Virus record (IMG/VR): IMGVR_UViG_3300027734_000039 | DNA from: a virus | Strand: one strand, 5' to 3' | DNA: 64,000 nt | Shown: positions 26,858 to 35,433 of the stretch, piece after piece | How positions within the stretch are numbered: position 1 is the first letter of the stretch | Layout of the letters: every line of letters begins with the position of its first letter | Translations under genes and position numbers: made by a program | The notes under the pieces: model-generated | Databases searched by the model: none | Told to the model about the DNA's origin: nothing | Seen by the model: only the letters and a program-made list of their open reading frames with translations

Positions 26858-28188
26858 TTAGACTCTAACTCCTTAACTCTGTTTTCTAGTTCTTTAATTG
26901 CTTCGATAAGAAGAGGTACAAGCTTTTCGTAACGAACAGTAAGATACTTATCGTCAATAGGAGCTGGTACGACAATCTCTGGCATAACAGCTTGAACTTC
27001 TTGAGCCGATACACCAACTTCTGGAGTTGCTTCATACCCTAATGACTGAGCTAATTCGTTTGCTTCGTAATAAAAGCCAGAGAGTGCCTTGACCTTTTCA
27101 AGAGCATTTTCGATATTGCCCTTACGAATCTTAAGACGTTCGTCTGAATAGTAAGCAGTAATGTTACCAGTTGCGTAAATAGCGCCAGCGCCTGGATCGG
27201 CAGTCGTTCCAACAGAAAAACCACCACCAGCAGGAAGACGTGCACGTTCAGAACCACCAGTAAATAATGCCATAGCGCCAGATGCAGGTCCAACACGACA
27301 AACTGCAGAGCTTACGCCAGGAGCAACAATAAAATCTGAAGTAGATGAATCAGTTACAACTAAACCGTTATTTCCTGCGCTAGCAACTACTTTTAATTTT
27401 GAATCTGTTGCTGTTGAGCCGATACCAACGTTACCAGTTGCAGTAATACGCATACGTTCTTGAAAGCTATCAGAACCGTTGCCTGTATTGAATCGGATAG
27501 AACCTAAATCGGTTCCTTCCATAACACCATCGATACTAGCAACCTTTTCAGCAGTATTTGCACCAGTCCATTTAATGTAACTACCATCGCCAGATGCGCC
27601 AGCCGCTGTTTGTAAATTGATACCAGATGTAACACCAGAACCAGCCGAACGGTTGATTATTAACACATCTGACAAAGTGTTACTTGCAGTAATAGAAACT
27701 TGACCATTAGCAACAACAGTCATACGAGCAGCATTATTACTAAACAAAACTAAACTATCAGCTGTTTGTGTACCAACAGCAAACCCACCTAAATCAGATG
27801 GACCAATAAAGCCATTGAGCGTACCGCCGCTTTGATTGATTTTCAAACCACCATTAAGCGCTGGGGTTATTTTTACGTTTCCGTTTACTTCTAATTTTTC
27901 ACTTGGACTATTGTTAGCAATACCTAAATTACCATTAGCAACGAAATAAGAAGCAGTGCCTACAGTAAATGTATTACTTACTGTAGCAGTAACTGCTGAA
28001 GTTCCGGAAAATGCTGTTGAGTTGATTGTAGCGTTTACAGAAGAATTACCGATGGTAATTAATGACGGGGTAAACACAATACCATTTGAAGTAGAATTGA
28101 TAGTCCCTAAACCAACTACAGTTGAGTTAGCTACGAAACTTGTGTTTACTATCAGACCGTTTTTTACTACGAAATCTTTACCTGCCAT
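26854..28188 (-). CDS. Tail fibre with C-terminal intramolecular chaperone (peptidase S74)
   Basis: ERMRITATGNVGIG repeats; GNITAYY|SDERLK...I.NAL.KV..L.G..Y...VGVSAQEV..V.PE.V...V.YEKLVPLLIEAIKEL. Confidence 0.88.
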   Translation of the reverse strand: MAGKDFVVKNGLIVNTSFVANSTVVGLGTINSTSNGIVFTPSLITIGNSSVNATINSTAFSGTSAVTATVSNTFTVGTASYFVANGNLGIANNSPSEKLEVNGNVKITPALNGGLKINQSGGTLNGFIGPSDLGGFAVGTQTADSLVLFSNNAARMTVVANGQVSITASNTLSDVLIINRSAGSGVTSGINLQTAAGASGDGSYIKWTGANTAEKVASIDGVMEGTDLGSIRFNTGNGSDSFQERMRITATGNVGIGSTATDSKLKVVASAGNNGLVVTDSSTSDFIVAPGVSSAVCRVGPASGAMALFTGGSERARLPAGGGFSVGTTADPGAGAIYATGNITAYYSDERLKIRKGNIENALEKVKALSGFYYEANELAQSLGYEATPEVGVSAQEVQAVMPEIVVPAPIDDKYLTVRYEKLVPLLIEAIKELENRVKELESK

Positions 28189-28222
28189 TGTGGTTCCCTT
28201 TCCCCTGGCTTTTTATTTTTAT

Positions 28223-28465
28223 TTAGGTGTTTAAAACTTCTGGCCACACAGCTTTAAGTTCTTCTACTGTTTGAGCAGCTTCAATAGCTGGATCAGATGT
28301 TACATCCCTAAGAGCTTGTTTTTGAGCCACAATTGTAGCAGTATTTGCATTTTGTTCTAGTGCTCGTTGAAAAGCTACATCTAATGCAGCAAGTAATGGT
28401 GCACGAGCAGCACGCATTTTTTCACGATGAATATTACGAGCTTTTTCCATATTAACAGTAATCAT
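28223..28465 (-). CDS. Tail-fibre assembly chaperone-like protein
   Basis: R..R.PLLAALD....RALE...KQALRD......LKA.WP pattern. Confidence 0.65.
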   Translation of the reverse strand: MITVNMEKARNIHREKMRAARAPLLAALDVAFQRALEQNANTATIVAQKQALRDVTSDPAIEAAQTVEELKAVWPEVLNT

Positions 28466-28710
28466 TGACTATTTCCCTGTTTTGCAAACCAAGCTTCGTG
28501 ACCGACACCATATCCATCAGGCGTGGTAAAGTCGGCTTCCCATGCATTAAAAAAACTATCGTCAGGAAGTTCTACGGTGTCTTCTACAAACAAATAAGGT
28601 ATACCAGCTGGAACATCTTTGCGAGCAACTTCTTCAATTGCAAGTTCGCCAGTTGGTATAATCATTGCAATACCACCAGTATCATTTGGAAAAATAATAT
28701 ATTTTCTCAT
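28462..28710 (-). CDS. Small fibre-associated protein
   Basis: Start MRKYII (GAGG RBS); KDVPAG.PY...LP...F.NAWEADF..PDG.G. Confidence 0.65.
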   Translation of the reverse strand: MRKYIIFPNDTGGIAMIIPTGELAIEEVARKDVPAGIPYLFVEDTVELPDDSFFNAWEADFTTPDGYGVGHEAWFAKQGNSQ

Positions 28711-28717
28711 ATTTGCC

Positions 28718-29137
28718 TCATCTAATAACAGCAGCGTTAAAGGTGTAAATATCGTTTGTAGCGTAAACAACCAAACGAACTTGTGTAGTTGACATTAAAG
28801 TCGGAGCTGCTGTGATAGCTGATGCTAAAATACGAGCATTAACAGTACCACCAGCAACATCTCCAATTATAGCGCTTACGCAATAACTTGTATCGGGCAT
28901 AGCAGTAGTAAAATTAAGCGTGTAATCACCTATACCGTTTCTAGTAACAGATGAAATATTTCCACTAGCGTTAACAGCTACTGTAGCAGTACCTTTATAA
29001 CTTACCCATGCACGGCAACCATAAGCAACAGCAGCTGAACCAAAACCAGAGTTAAAAGAACAGTTAGCACCAACACTAAGATTGGTGTCGACAGTAGCCG
29101 TTCCATATACTCTTGTTCCACTTAAAAGTTTTGCCAT
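28718..29137 (-). CDS. Short fibre/tip-domain protein
   Basis: AYGCRAWV.....SGNISSV.RNG.GDYTLNFTTAMPD..Y.V domain. Confidence 0.7.
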   Translation of the reverse strand: MAKLLSGTRVYGTATVDTNLSVGANCSFNSGFGSAAVAYGCRAWVSYKGTATVAVNASGNISSVTRNGIGDYTLNFTTAMPDTSYCVSAIIGDVAGGTVNARILASAITAAPTLMSTTQVRLVVYATNDIYTFNAAVIR

Positions 29138-29156
29138 TATAGTCCTCTTTAAATTA

Positions 29157-29324
29157 TTATTTATTACTTAATTCTTTTATTTGATTATCAAGATCTGTTA
29201 TTATAGATTTTAATGCTTCATTTGCAGCCATATAAATGACTAGCTCATCAACACACTGCGAAAGCAATACCTTTGGATCCCAGTTATCAACATCAGTACC
29301 ACCAAGTTTATACTGTAACTTCAT
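29157..29324 (-). CDS. Possible 55-aa coiled-coil protein (not in ORF track)
   Basis: MKLQYKLGGTDVDNWDPKVLLSQCVDELVIYMAANEALKSIITDLDNQIKELSNK*; fills an otherwise empty gap; start overlaps the upstream gene end; no clear RBS. Confidence 0.4.
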   Translation of the reverse strand: MKLQYKLGGTDVDNWDPKVLLSQCVDELVIYMAANEALKSIITDLDNQIKELSNK

Positions 29325-31692
29325 CAAAAGAACCATTTACAGATAATGTACCATCTGAAAACAATTTTTGAACTACACCATCTGTTGATGCAACTGGTGC
29401 AAAATGCTTATAAAGAGCAGTGTTATTATTTGTTATTGTAAGCGAATTAGTACTAGAATCTGTGACAATTGCAGAACTATTAGCAACTTTAAGAAGTAGT
29501 GCTGTATTAGTTATTGCTTGCAACACATCTGTCGGTGGTGTAAAACTTGTAGTATAAACTGCTGTGCCTTTTACCCAACGAATATTAGTAAGATAGCCAG
29601 TAAAATATGGTGTGCCTGAAGTATCCCATCTTCTTCCAATATTCCAACCATCGCCATTGCTGTTTAATGTACCATCCCAAGTACTAGCAGCCCCCGCTGC
29701 AGTTGAATCAACCCCATTTATATAAATTTTAAACGTGCTACCAGTAAAAACAAAAGCAATATGATACCAAGTATTAAGTGCAAGTGCTGAAGTAGACACT
29801 GCAGATCTTACCCATGCAGATCCATTATAATATCCAATATATGGAAATAATCCAAGTACTTGTGGATCAGTTCCACCATCATTTAACCCTATATAAAGAT
29901 TTACTGGATTACTAGTACCTGTAAAAGTTTCAGAAAGTATAGAGGCTTGTGTTGCTGAAGAACCAACATTTATCCAACATTCAAAAGTAAACGGTGTTGT
30001 ATTTGTTGGAATAGAAAATGCGGAAGTAGCGGCAAAAGACAGATATTGAGATAATCCGTTAAACAATATACTGCCGCATGTAGTAGTAGTAAATGGGCTT
30101 ATTTTATTAAAACCTGTATTACCAGGATTTGTTACTAAAACTCTAGTGTTTGCACCACCAGAAGCTGTAATACTATTTGCTTCAGCAGTTTCTAATAATA
30201 AAATTGTATTTGCTGTTGCGCCTAAATTATATTTTGATGGAGTAAAATTTGTTGTATATAGAGCAGTATTTGTTAATCTAAGATTACTTATACTACCATT
30301 CCAAAAAGTACTTGTTTGGTTTCTTCCAATATAAGCAGTTGAAACAGTTGTATTACCAGAAATAGTAGCAGAACCATTAGCAGTACCATTAAGATACTGA
30401 GTTAATGTTGTACCATTTCTTACAAGAGCAACGTGATACCAAGTATTATTAGCTAATGCTGTACCAGTTATTGTTGCAGAACCGCTATTATAATATGCAG
30501 AGAGGACGTTATTAACTAATCTAATTTCATAGTTGTTAGTACCAGAGTTGTATGCTTTAAAAACTGGCCCTTCAGCTACCGATGTAGCAGGATTAATCCA
30601 CGCTTCGAGTGTAAAATTGCTACCAGTTAAAGATGGTAAAGTTGTTGTTGTAAAATAATTATTAACACCATTGAAATAAGCACTACCACCATTTAATGTT
30701 ACTTCATCAAAACCTTTAACTACTTGCACCGAATTATTTGAATATATTCTTTGTGTTGGTGTATAACTATTAGTAACAAATGTACCATTAGATGTAAATG
30801 TATGGACTTGATATGTACCAGAAGAATTTGAAAATGATGTTATTGTTCCACCAGTTGCAGCAGGTCCAAAAGCTTTGTATGCAATAATAACAGCGCCGTT
30901 TGAACCAGCTTTACCTGGACCATCGGCACCACCTGCGCCAGCACCGCCACCACCACCAGAACCAATGCCTGTACCAACTGTTGCTGCTTTATTATTTTGC
31001 GATGTAGCGCCTTCACCACCACCGCCTGTTCCACCAGTACCAATTGTTGTGGAGCTACTACTGAAGTTACCACCACCACCACCAGCGCCGTAATAAACAG
31101 TAGCACCAGTTATGGTAAGTGGAATACCAGCACCACCATTTAACGTACCTACAGCACCACCACCACCACCGCCACCGCCTCTGCTGCCGTTACCAGCGCC
31201 ACCTCTGTTGCCATAACCGCCAGTTGCAGAAGAAGCTTGTTGATCGTTACTAGGTGCACCTGTCGCATTATCACCGTTACCACCACCGGAACCACCAGAT
31301 CGACCAACAGCACTAGATAATCTATTGATACCGCCACCACCACCGCCAATAGCAGTATAAGTTGTTGCACCAATAGTTACTGTAGTATTTGAACCATCAC
31401 CGCCCTGTGTATAGGTAGTACTTGAAGTAGATACACCACCACTACCAGATGTTCCGACAACAATCGGTATTGAACAAGCAATTGGAATTGTTACGTCTGT
31501 TAAGTAAAATACACCACCGCCGCCACCACCACCGCCAGCGTTACCATAACCTGCACCACCACCACCGCCACCGCCAGCACCTAATATATCAAAAATTGTT
31601 GCATTATATACACCATTTATAGTATACTCATCAAAATCGCCACTACCACCAGTAGTTAAAATACCTACATTACTAATACTAACGTTAGCCAT
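29308..31692 (-). CDS. Glycine-rich domain plus two LamG/concanavalin-A-like lectin domains (adhesin)
   Basis: Polyglycine N-terminal half ending YQVHTFTS.GTF; two FT.E.WI...W.H.A.V....Y.NG....G.I.N.R....A.YT..FTP units. Confidence 0.85.
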   Translation of the reverse strand: MANVSISNVGILTTGGSGDFDEYTINGVYNATIFDILGAGGGGGGGAGYGNAGGGGGGGGVFYLTDVTIPIACSIPIVVGTSGSGGVSTSSTTYTQGGDGSNTTVTIGATTYTAIGGGGGGINRLSSAVGRSGGSGGGNGDNATGAPSNDQQASSATGGYGNRGGAGNGSRGGGGGGGGAVGTLNGGAGIPLTITGATVYYGAGGGGGNFSSSSTTIGTGGTGGGGEGATSQNNKAATVGTGIGSGGGGGAGAGGADGPGKAGSNGAVIIAYKAFGPAATGGTITSFSNSSGTYQVHTFTSNGTFVTNSYTPTQRIYSNNSVQVVKGFDEVTLNGGSAYFNGVNNYFTTTTLPSLTGSNFTLEAWINPATSVAEGPVFKAYNSGTNNYEIRLVNNVLSAYYNSGSATITGTALANNTWYHVALVRNGTTLTQYLNGTANGSATISGNTTVSTAYIGRNQTSTFWNGSISNLRLTNTALYTTNFTPSKYNLGATANTILLLETAEANSITASGGANTRVLVTNPGNTGFNKISPFTTTTCGSILFNGLSQYLSFAATSAFSIPTNTTPFTFECWINVGSSATQASILSETFTGTSNPVNLYIGLNDGGTDPQVLGLFPYIGYYNGSAWVRSAVSTSALALNTWYHIAFVFTGSTFKIYINGVDSTAAGAASTWDGTLNSNGDGWNIGRRWDTSGTPYFTGYLTNIRWVKGTAVYTTSFTPPTDVLQAITNTALLLKVANSSAIVTDSSTNSLTITNNNTALYKHFAPVASTDGVVQKLFSDGTLSVNGSFDEVTV

Positions 31693-32615
31693 TATCCAAA
31701 AACCGTATCAAGAGAACCTGTTGTTGCGTTATATATTTGATAAACAACACTACTAGTTGTGTTAGCAAAACCAACACGACCGCCAACATATAAATTATTT
31801 GCTACACCAAGACCACCAGCAGTTGTAATTGCACCAGAAGTAGCATTAGCGGAAGCTGTTACATTGGTAAATGCATATGACGAAGCAAGGTTAACACCAC
31901 CACCGGAAACAGTTGACCAATACACATTACCAGAAGCACCAGAGGTTAATACTTGACCTGCAGTACCAACACTAGCATTAGCTGTGATGGTAGTAGATAT
32001 TACTACGTTACCAGAGAACGTAATAGTATTTGTAAACGATTGAGTATTAGACCACGTATACTGTGCAGCAGTATTAACACCTGCAGCAGCTGCAGCCCAA
32101 TATGGCGAACCTGTTGTGCCATTCGAGGTTAACACTTGTCCAGAAGTTCCCGAACCGCCATTAGAAATAAGCGGCGTAGTTAATACAATATTAGCATTAT
32201 GAGTATAAACACCAGATATAGTAAATGAACCAGTGCTATTAACAACGTTAACGCCTAATTGAGCATAAGGCAAAGTGCCAGTAGTAATATTAGTAGCGTT
32301 CGTATAATATGCTGGTAATTGTCCACCAAGGTTGTTAGCATTATTAGCTGTACCATTAATTACTTGAGAAAATGTAATAGTATTAGAAAATGTTTGGGTA
32401 TTTGACCAAGTATATTGCGCAGCTGTGTTAGTACCAACAATAGTAGACCAGTAAACAGCAGATCCATTAGTTGTTAATGCTTGCCCAGATGTACCAAGAG
32501 TACCGTTAGCCGAAACTGTTGTAACTGCAAGCGTATTTGCAATCGACACAGTACCTGATGCTGTGTTAACGGTTACATACTGTCCAAATAAACTTAACTG
32601 TTGATTCTGTGCCAT
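31692..32615 (-). CDS. Fibre shaft protein with internal repeats
   Basis: Three GT.GQ.LT..G...YW units and two NTAAQYTWSNTQ.F.NTITFS units. Confidence 0.75.
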   Translation of the reverse strand: MAQNQQLSLFGQYVTVNTASGTVSIANTLAVTTVSANGTLGTSGQALTTNGSAVYWSTIVGTNTAAQYTWSNTQTFSNTITFSQVINGTANNANNLGGQLPAYYTNATNITTGTLPYAQLGVNVVNSTGSFTISGVYTHNANIVLTTPLISNGGSGTSGQVLTSNGTTGSPYWAAAAAGVNTAAQYTWSNTQSFTNTITFSGNVVISTTITANASVGTAGQVLTSGASGNVYWSTVSGGGVNLASSYAFTNVTASANATSGAITTAGGLGVANNLYVGGRVGFANTTSSVVYQIYNATTGSLDTVFG

Positions 32616-32634
32616 TGGTTGCCTTTTTAACTAT

Positions 32635-32808
32635 TTATTCGTTTGGCGTATCGGCAGGTAACGGTTCGTTGCCTTCAGCAAGCCAGCGCACATACTCTTC
32701 AGCAGTCACAAGGCACGACTCTTGATGACCATCAGGCCACTCGCGCCAAACGACTTGAATAGATTGCATAGGTCGAATAGGTAAAAGTTTCCAAATTGGT
32801 TCGCTCAT
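32635..32808 (-). CDS. 57-aa fibre-assembly-type protein (not in ORF track)
   Basis: MSEPIWKLL...EEYVRWLAEGNEPLPADTPNE*; ATGA overlap with the upstream stop; Y..WLAEGN.P.PAD motif typical of partners of NRIING-type fibre genes. Confidence 0.75.
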   Translation of the reverse strand: MSEPIWKLLPIRPMQSIQVVWREWPDGHQESCLVTAEEYVRWLAEGNEPLPADTPNE

Positions 32809-33911
32809 AATTCACACCCTGTAAAATACATTAATGCGCCGGAATTGCTCATATAAATCATAGTTGCATTACCAGCAACTAGTCCGCTCATACCACTAAG
32901 TAAAATAAACGCAGCTGAATCATTCGAACCACCAAAAGTAACACCTGTTGAATTGCTAGTTGCTGTAGAAGCTAAAAAACCAGCAAAATGAGAAGCACTA
33001 CTTACAAAAATGCCAGTAGCTGGAATACGCGGGCGAACCATATATGGTATAACATAATAAGCGGAAGTGGTTGAACCAGCCATTCCGGAACCAATATATG
33101 GGTTTGCTCCACCAGCGTAGGAAAATGATGGAAGATATCTCTGACACTTTGCCAGCGTATTGGAATAAATCTCCCGCTCAAACGGCGTTGCCACAGAGCC
33201 AACTTCAAGCTGGACGCCTGTAAGATACCAAGTAGCACCATTGTTAGCAACAATATTTTGCGAACCCGATACACTTAATGCGCCGCCAGCACCCCATACG
33301 TTTGCCGTAGAATTAAAATTTGAACCAGATCCAAGACTAAACCAAAAACCAAAACCACGACCATTTGTTGTTCCAAATGTTCCAGTTGTTGGTCCTGGAA
33401 TCGTAATTGTTTTCTTTTCCCAAGTATTTGCCGCGTTGATTGTATAGGTGGCTGGATATGCCGCATCATCACTACCAGAACGAACTGCAACAACAAATGT
33501 TCCTGTCAAACTGGAACGTATCCAAAACGATAATGTTGCACTTAATGCACTAGATGTTCCCCACATTAAATCGGCAGCATTAAATCCTTCCACATATTGA
33601 ACCATATAGAAGTAATCACTCGCACCAATAGTATAAGCAGACAAAGAAGTCACAAGAAGACTATTGGAAAAACCCTGACCAGATGGAACAGTGCTAGATT
33701 GTTGCACTGAATACTTAGATGACTGAGCATTGGTTGCAACCCAACGATCAAGAGTATATGTTGAACCAATAGTGGTTGGCGTAACACTTGCCCCCGCATT
33801 ACGCTGGTCAATGACCATCGCGCCGTTGATGATGCGATTGCGCATGAATCCGCCAGTGTTAACACCACCAGCACCACCAGCAAGGACAGCAAGATCGTTA
33901 GTAATTGTCAT
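32805..33911 (-). CDS. Fibre-tip / carbohydrate-binding-like virion protein
   Basis: RNRIINGAM.IDQRN...YTLDRW...TLSFW.RSSLTG...TWEKKTITIPG...TGVQLEVGSVATPFE...CQRY. Confidence 0.8.
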   Translation of the reverse strand: MTITNDLAVLAGGAGGVNTGGFMRNRIINGAMVIDQRNAGASVTPTTIGSTYTLDRWVATNAQSSKYSVQQSSTVPSGQGFSNSLLVTSLSAYTIGASDYFYMVQYVEGFNAADLMWGTSSALSATLSFWIRSSLTGTFVVAVRSGSDDAAYPATYTINAANTWEKKTITIPGPTTGTFGTTNGRGFGFWFSLGSGSNFNSTANVWGAGGALSVSGSQNIVANNGATWYLTGVQLEVGSVATPFEREIYSNTLAKCQRYLPSFSYAGGANPYIGSGMAGSTTSAYYVIPYMVRPRIPATGIFVSSASHFAGFLASTATSNSTGVTFGGSNDSAAFILLSGMSGLVAGNATMIYMSNSGALMYFTGCEL

Positions 33912-33941
33912 TTATTGTTTCCCCTCTGTCTACCAGTTATT

Positions 33942-34223
33942 TTAATCAAGAATGCTTATATTTTTTACAATATTGAGAAACCTAGAGTTTGGCTCTAAGG
34001 CTACAAACTCATGAGCTTGACCAGGCTTCCAATCAAGGAAATTCCCAGCCTTTGCTATAATCTCCCATCCAGCACCATGAACGCGAATACAACCTTCAAG
34101 AACGAAGGAAACATGAGCGGATGCTTCATCGTGGTTGTGCATGGGAAGCTTATCCCCGACATCCTCAAGCGTGTACAAAGCACCTTTTAGACCACCAAAT
34201 GTTTTTGGTTCTGCTTGTAGCAT
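33942..34223 (-). CDS. Small cupin protein
   Basis: LPMHNHD...H..FV..G...W...Q.HEF.ALE cupin metal-site pattern. Confidence 0.75.
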   Translation of the reverse strand: MLQAEPKTFGGLKGALYTLEDVGDKLPMHNHDEASAHVSFVLEGCIRVHGAGWEIIAKAGNFLDWKPGQAHEFVALEPNSRFLNIVKNISILD

Positions 34224-34561
34224 CAGATCACCACCGGAGGTTCGCCAACGACAGGCTCAACTTTTACCCAGCGATAGGTCGTTGTATCCAAATACCAGCC
34301 GCGACCAGGATACGGTGGAATAAAAGCACCACTTGGTGCTGCTGACGCATCAAACGTATAATCAATTCCGGCATAGTTATACCGGAAGTTGGCGTTATAG
34401 CTTGTCTGCGCCCAGATCGTGTCAATGCCAAAAATGCTTTGCAGATATGCAATTCCGACAGGTTCGCTATCTGGAAACGGCAAATTTCCAATAGAACTAT
34501 TGTCCACGACAAGCACTTGTTTCACGACGTTGTTCTGATCAAGTTCAGCAAAATTTGCCAT
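34223..34561 (-). CDS. Conserved fibre-associated small protein
   Basis: MANFAELD.NN.V..V.VV.N...W.QTSYN.NFR.NYAGI.YTFD...AFIPP.P...W.LD..T..W. Confidence 0.75.
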   Translation of the reverse strand: MANFAELDQNNVVKQVLVVDNSSIGNLPFPDSEPVGIAYLQSIFGIDTIWAQTSYNANFRYNYAGIDYTFDASAAPSGAFIPPYPGRGWYLDTTTYRWVKVEPVVGEPPVVI

Positions 34562-34569
34562 GTTTCACC

Positions 34570-35433
34570 TTATTGATACAGATAGCGGATGATGACAACA
34601 CCGGAACCGCCGTTACCACCGACAGAGCCACAGCAGCCAAAGTCTTGCCCACCGCCGCCGCCGCCAGAGCCTGTATTGGGAGACCCAGAACCACCGCTAG
34701 GTGATCCTGCGTTTCCACCCGCACCAGCTCCGCCCCCGCCGCCTGACCCACCAAAGTTTGCTCCACCGCCGCCTCCGCCGCCAGCATATGCAACGGATGA
34801 CCCGCTAATAGAGTTTGATGTAGAGGAGCCGCCATTGGCTCCACCCTTTATCGTTACACCAGATGCCGTAATAGATGCGCCTACAGAACCGCTACCGCCG
34901 CCGCCAGCAGCGCCGTTGACATTGTCTGTTCTTCCGTTGCCGCCATTATTGCCTTGCCCTGATGTTCCAGCGCCCCCAGTAGTAGTTCCGGCTCGTGGAT
35001 TACCGCCACCACCTGACCCGCCAGATTGAGCAGCAACAGCGTTCCAATTGTCGCAACCAGCACCGCCGCCTGTTGATGTAGTAGAAATAGCTGAAGAGTT
35101 AGAACCATTACTGTTTTGTGATCCACCACTACCAACTGTGACAGTATAGCCCTGAACAGAAACTGATTGTCCTGTCGTGTACTGATAACCACCAGCGCCA
35201 CCCCCGCCAGCGGGCAGGGCGGCACCGCCGCCGCCTTGCCCACCACCACCGCCGCCAGCGATGACAAGATAATCAACAGCCTGACCAACAGGAGCATTGG
35301 TTACTGTAAACGTGCCTGTGCCAGTAAACGTATGGATTTTGTAATTACCGCTAGTCGTGATTGTGCCACCCGTTGCTTGGATAAACGGACTAGCAGCCGC
35401 AGCCGCGCCAAGCAGCATTGAATAAGCAGTCAT
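34570..35433 (-). CDS. Glycine-rich (polyglycine) adhesin-like protein
   Basis: ATGGTITTSGNYKIHTFTGTGTF..VDYLVIAGGGGGG...GGSGVVIIRY; start at 35433 (TAATG overlap). Confidence 0.8.
   Translation of the reverse strand: MTAYSMLLGAAAAASPFIQATGGTITTSGNYKIHTFTGTGTFTVTNAPVGQAVDYLVIAGGGGGGQGGGGAALPAGGGGAGGYQYTTGQSVSVQGYTVTVGSGGSQNSNGSNSSAISTTSTGGGAGCDNWNAVAAQSGGSGGGGNPRAGTTTGGAGTSGQGNNGGNGRTDNVNGAAGGGGSGSVGASITASGVTIKGGANGGSSTSNSISGSSVAYAGGGGGGGANFGGSGGGGGAGAGGNAGSPSGGSGSPNTGSGGGGGGQDFGCCGSVGGNGGSGVVIIRYLYQ

Noticed and set aside
34589-35029. Pro-rich plus-strand ORFs (also 30875..31093, 26167..26358, 62264..62521)
   Set aside because: Antisense shadows of Gly-rich coding sequence; no RBS or promoter support
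25985-35433. Collagen-like fibres as substrates for the prolyl-hydroxylase-like enzymes
   Set aside because: The Gly-rich regions are GGxGG polyglycine runs, not sustained Gly-X-Y triplets, so a collagen analogy is unsupported
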